From a virus (lineage: Duplodnaviria; Heunggongvirae; Uroviricota; Caudoviricetes), in IMG/VR virus record IMGVR_UViG_2563366831_000011, positions 1 to 50,364 of that record: a stretch of DNA of 50,364 nt. One strand, given 5' to 3'. Made by a program: the position numbers and the translations under genes. Shown here one piece after another: positions 47,227 through 50,364 of the stretch. The notes beneath the pieces were generated by a model that was given only the letters and a program-made list of their open reading frames with translations, did not search any database and had not been told where the DNA came from. Position 1 is the stretch's first letter. The number at the start of each line of letters is the position of its first letter.

Positions 47227-47925
47227 ATGAAAAATATCCTACTGGCATCATTGTTAGTGGCATCGCCGGGTGCATTTGCAGCCAGCTTTGACTGCCAAAA
47301 GGCTTCGACAGCAATCGAACATAAAATCTGCGATAACGAACGTCTGTCAAAATTAGACGAACAGCTTAGCTCTGCCTATTCTAGTGCCCTCAAAGAAAAC
47401 CCAGAGAACGCAGACACCCTAAAAATGGTTCAACGTCAGTGGGTAAATATGCGTGGAAAACTCACTGATAATAAGGCTCTGGAGCTGGCTTATCTTATCC
47501 AAATTAATGGCCTCAAAGGTTTGGGGAGTTCAGTCAGCGTAACAGCGGCCAATGAGATACCCACGTCGACGCAGAAACATTCTGAAGAGCAGGAAGAAAC
47601 AAGTAAGGCAGAAGTTAAGTCGGTCAAGAACGGCAATAAGCTAACCTTAGAGTCATTCCGAGCTAAATATGTAGAAGTAGATGGTGAGTATTACAGCACG
47701 ACATCCATTCCTAGAGGCAGTTCGTTCTTGTTCACTTGCGCCAGTCGTATTGCTGATGACCAAGTGAATGTTTGGAAGAAACATGCAGCCAAAGAGGGCA
47801 AAATCGACCTATTCTTTGAGGTTGAGAATCACTTACACACTGCTATGTTGAACGCCAATTTCCAGAAGTTGAATTCAGACCCTGCCAAAAGAGGTATTTG
47901 TAATCTGATTAACGCAGTGCCGTAA
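47227..47925 (+). CDS. Secreted LprI-like (DUF1311-type) protein
   Basis: 232 aa from MKNILLASLLVASPGAFA (signal peptide, GGAG SD); then FDCQKASTAIEHKICDNERLSKLDEQLSSAY resembling the recalled DUF1311 pattern. Confidence 0.55.
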   Translation: MKNILLASLLVASPGAFAASFDCQKASTAIEHKICDNERLSKLDEQLSSAYSSALKENPENADTLKMVQRQWVNMRGKLTDNKALELAYLIQINGLKGLGSSVSVTAANEIPTSTQKHSEEQEETSKAEVKSVKNGNKLTLESFRAKYVEVDGEYYSTTSIPRGSSFLFTCASRIADDQVNVWKKHAAKEGKIDLFFEVENHLHTAMLNANFQKLNSDPAKRGICNLINAVP

Positions 47926-47934
47926 GTAAATTTA

Positions 47935-47963
47935 GGGCCACAGTTGTGGCCTTAAATATTTTT
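47935..47963 (+). terminator. Intrinsic terminator
   Basis: GGGCCACA-GT-TGTGGCC followed by T-rich tract. Confidence 0.5.
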
Positions 47964-48161
47964 TCAGCCTTTTCTTATTTGTAATAAGCAGTACTTAGTA
48001 GTGCTTATAAAACAGAATAAAAAACATATGACTTTGGCGATTACCCAGTAAAGATATTCGAAATAAATGTAAATATCGGCAATGAATAACAATCCTCGCA
48101 TTCGCGGGGATTTCTTTTATCTGAACTCGCTACGGCGGGTTTTGTTTTATGGAGATGATAA

Positions 48162-48329
48162 ATGCACTTCCGAGTCACAGGTGAATGGAATGGAGAGCCA
48201 TTCGACAGGGTTATCGAAGCAGAGGACATCAACGACTGCTATAACCACTGGATGATATGGGCGCAGATAGCGCATGCAGACGTAACCAATATTCGAATTG
48301 AAGAACTGAAAGAACACCAAGCCGCCTGA
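48162..48329 (+). CDS. Small hypothetical protein (55 aa)
   Basis: GGAGATGATAA region upstream of the ATG; followed by an intrinsic terminator. Confidence 0.35.
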   Translation: MHFRVTGEWNGEPFDRVIEAEDINDCYNHWMIWAQIAHADVTNIRIEELKEHQAA

Positions 48330-48341
48330 TGGCGGTTTTTT
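48321..48341 (+). terminator. Intrinsic terminator
   Basis: GCCGCC-TGAT-GGCGG followed by TTTTTT. Confidence 0.55.
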
Positions 48342-48352
48342 ATTGCCTGATT

Positions 48353-48369
48353 TGCAGGTTCGATTCCCT
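48353..48369 (+). other. Fragment matching the argW T-arm (TTGCAGGTTCGATTCC)
   Basis: 16-nt identity to tRNA positions 1054..1069, upstream of the excisionase-like gene; non-overlapping with the attR core. Confidence 0.5.
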
Positions 48370-48386
48370 ATTCGGAGATAGCACTC

Positions 48387-48587
48387 ATGCAACACGAACT
48401 ACAGCCTGATTCACTGGTTGATTTGAAATTCATCATGGCCGATACTGGCTTCGGTAAAACCTTCATCTACGACCGGATTAAGTCCGGCGACCTGCCAAAA
48501 GCCAAAGTTATCCACGGACGAGCAAGATGGTTATATCGTGACCATTGTGAATTCAAAAATAAGCTCTTAAGCCGCGCTAATGGGTAA
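48387..48587 (+). CDS. torI: AlpA/TorI-family excisionase (recombination directionality factor)
   Basis: 66 aa; FIYDRIKSGDLPKAKVIHGRARWL fits the AlpA winged-helix pattern; recalled as the KplE1 TorI sequence; lies between tRNA-derived repeats at the prophage end. Confidence 0.6.
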   Translation: MQHELQPDSLVDLKFIMADTGFGKTFIYDRIKSGDLPKAKVIHGRARWLYRDHCEFKNKLLSRANG

Positions 48588-48660
48588 AATAGCGGGTAAA
48601 ATATTTCTCACATCTAAAAAATATCATTCCAATCAACCCCCTGCCGCGCCAAGTAGATGT

Positions 48661-48675
48661 CTGCAGGGGACACCA
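48661..48675 (+). repeat. attR core: 15-bp direct repeat CTGCAGGGGACACCA
   Basis: Exact copy of the tRNA 3-prime end at 1069..1083. Confidence 0.65.
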
Positions 48676-49116
48676 GATACCCTTCAAACGAAATCTACCT
48701 TCACCCCGTAAAAGATGGGTTTGGCAGCACACTTGCCTTATATCTACTCATTTTTACTGCAACAGGTTGAAATCTCAGCACTGTCAGAAAGCGCTGATGA
48801 CTAAACAGCCCTGGGCCGGGCGATGTAACCATCACACAGAATCCTGATAGCGAAATATGGCGTGACTCGATACTTCACTCCGCAATGCATTCCTTGATGA
48901 ATTCGCAGGACCGTGATACACGGGACAGGTCACTGAATGACGACAATGTCCTGGAAATCAGCGAACCGCGCATCTGAAGTACATTTGAGCGACTGTACCA
49001 GAACATGAATGAGGCGTTTGGATTAGGCGATTATTAGCAGGGCTAAGCATTTTACTATTATTATTTTCCGGTTGAGGGATATAGAGCTATCGACAACAAC
49101 CGGAAAAAGTTTACGT

Positions 49117-50364
49117 CTATATTGCTGAAGGTACAGGCGTTTCCATAACTATTTGCTCGCGTTTTTTACTCAAGAAGAAAATGCCAAATAGCAACATCAG
49201 GCAGACAATACCCGAAATTGCGAAGAAAACTGTCTGGTAGCCTGCGTGGTCAAAGAGTATCCCAGTCGGCGTTGAAAGCAGCACAATCCCAAGCGAACTG
49301 GCAATTTGAAAACCAATCAGAAAGATCGTCGACGACAGGCGCTTATCAAAGTTTGCCACGCTGTATTTGAAGACGGATATGACACAAAGTGGAACCTCAA
49401 TGGCATGTAACAACTTCACTAATGAAATAATCCAGGGGTTAACGAACAGCGCGCAGGAAAGGATACGCAACGCCATAATCACAACTCCGATAAGTAATGC
49501 ATTTTTTGGCCCTACCCGATTCACAAAGAAAGGAATAATCGCCATGCACAGCGCTTCGAGTACCACCTGGAATGAGTTGAGATAACCATACAGGCGCGTT
49601 CCTACATCGTGTGATTCGAATAAACCTGCATAAAAGACAGGAAAAAGTTGTTGATCAAAAATGTTATAGAAAGACCACGTCCCCACAATAAATATGACGA
49701 AAACCCAGAAGTTTCGATCCTTGAAAACTGCGATAAAATCCTCTTTTTTTACCCCTCCCGCATCTGCCGCTACGCACTGGTGATCCTTATCTTTAAAACG
49801 CATGTTGATCATCATAAATACAGCGCCAAATAGCGAGACCAACCAGAAGTTGATATGGGGACTGATACTAAAAAATATGCCGGCAAAGAACGCGCCAATA
49901 GCATAGCCAAAAGATCCCCAGGCGCGCGCTGTTCCATATTCGAAATGAAAATTTCGCGCCATTTTTTCGGTGAAGCTATCAAGCAAACCGCATCCCGCCA
50001 GATACCCCAAGCCAAAAAATAGCGCCCCCAGAATTAGACCTACAGAAAAATTGCTTTGCAGTAACGGTTCATAAACGTAAATCATAAACGGTCCGGTCAA
50101 GACCAGGATGAAACTCATACACCAGATGAGCGGTTTCTTCAGACCGAGTTTATCCTGAACGATGCCGTAGAACATCATAAATAGAATGCTGGTAAACTGG
50201 TTGACCGAATAAAGTGTACCTAATTCCGTCCCTGTCAACCCTAGATGTCCTTTCAGCCAAATAGCGTATAACGACCACCACAGCGACCAGGAAATAAAAA
50301 AGAGAAATGAGTAACTGGATGCAAAACGATAGTACGCATTTCTGAATGGAATATTCAGTGCCAT
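49117..50364 (-). CDS. cscB: Sucrose:proton symporter-like MFS transporter
   Basis: 415 aa; many hydrophobic helices; N-terminus MALNIPFRNAYYRFASSYSFLFFISWSLWW recognised from memory as CscB/LacY family; start codon at the last three bases of the window. Confidence 0.8.
   Translation of the reverse strand: MALNIPFRNAYYRFASSYSFLFFISWSLWWSLYAIWLKGHLGLTGTELGTLYSVNQFTSILFMMFYGIVQDKLGLKKPLIWCMSFILVLTGPFMIYVYEPLLQSNFSVGLILGALFFGLGYLAGCGLLDSFTEKMARNFHFEYGTARAWGSFGYAIGAFFAGIFFSISPHINFWLVSLFGAVFMMINMRFKDKDHQCVAADAGGVKKEDFIAVFKDRNFWVFVIFIVGTWSFYNIFDQQLFPVFYAGLFESHDVGTRLYGYLNSFQVVLEALCMAIIPFFVNRVGPKNALLIGVVIMALRILSCALFVNPWIISLVKLLHAIEVPLCVISVFKYSVANFDKRLSSTIFLIGFQIASSLGIVLLSTPTGILFDHAGYQTVFFAISGIVCLMLLFGIFFLSKKREQIVMETPVPSAI

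Noticed and set aside
48676-49116. Possible genes in the 440-bp stretch between attR and the cscB-like gene
   Set aside because: No ORF with a start codon and ribosome-binding site; probably chromosomal intergenic sequence or decayed remnant. The hairpin CCGGTTG...CAACCGG lacks a clear U-tract.

Overview
The window holds the chromosomal genes yfdC and tRNA-Arg(CCU) (argW) on the left and a sucrose-permease-like MFS gene (cscB-like) on the right, with one apparently intact ~47.6 kb prophage between them. The prophage is bounded by a 15-bp direct repeat, CTGCAGGGGACACCA, at 1069..1083 (inside the tRNA 3-prime end) and 48661..48675, with a P4-type integrase (intS-like) at the left end and an AlpA/TorI-type excisionase at the right end. 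It is a mosaic: a lambda-type immunity and early region (cI, cro, oR, oL/pL, nutL/nutR, N, cII-like, iteron-bearing O-like initiator, DnaB-like helicase, nin genes, Q, S-R-Rz/Rz1), an E-family/Mu-F-type head and terminase module, and a contractile (myovirus-type) tail with sheath, tube, SLT-domain tape measure, baseplate V/W/J/I-like genes, two glycine-rich tail fibres and an SGNH-esterase tailspike. Accessory cargo I consider most worth follow-up: (1) a NYN/PIN-like putative nuclease sitting exactly where lambda carries rexAB, downstream of cI; (2) a canonical LexA box driving a translationally coupled two-gene operon inside the tail-fibre region; (3) a P22 immI-like mnt/arc/ant module plus a lipoprotein inserted between baseplate genes; (4) two paralogous Rha morons with a conserved ~90-bp leader; (5) a 620-bp noncoding late-region island with a perfect 20-bp palindrome, an iteron-like inverted repeat and a short hydrophobic ORF; (6) a 42-codon ORF inserted between nutL and N. 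All protein identifications rest on reading the translated ORFs and on recalled family signatures; no database search was run.
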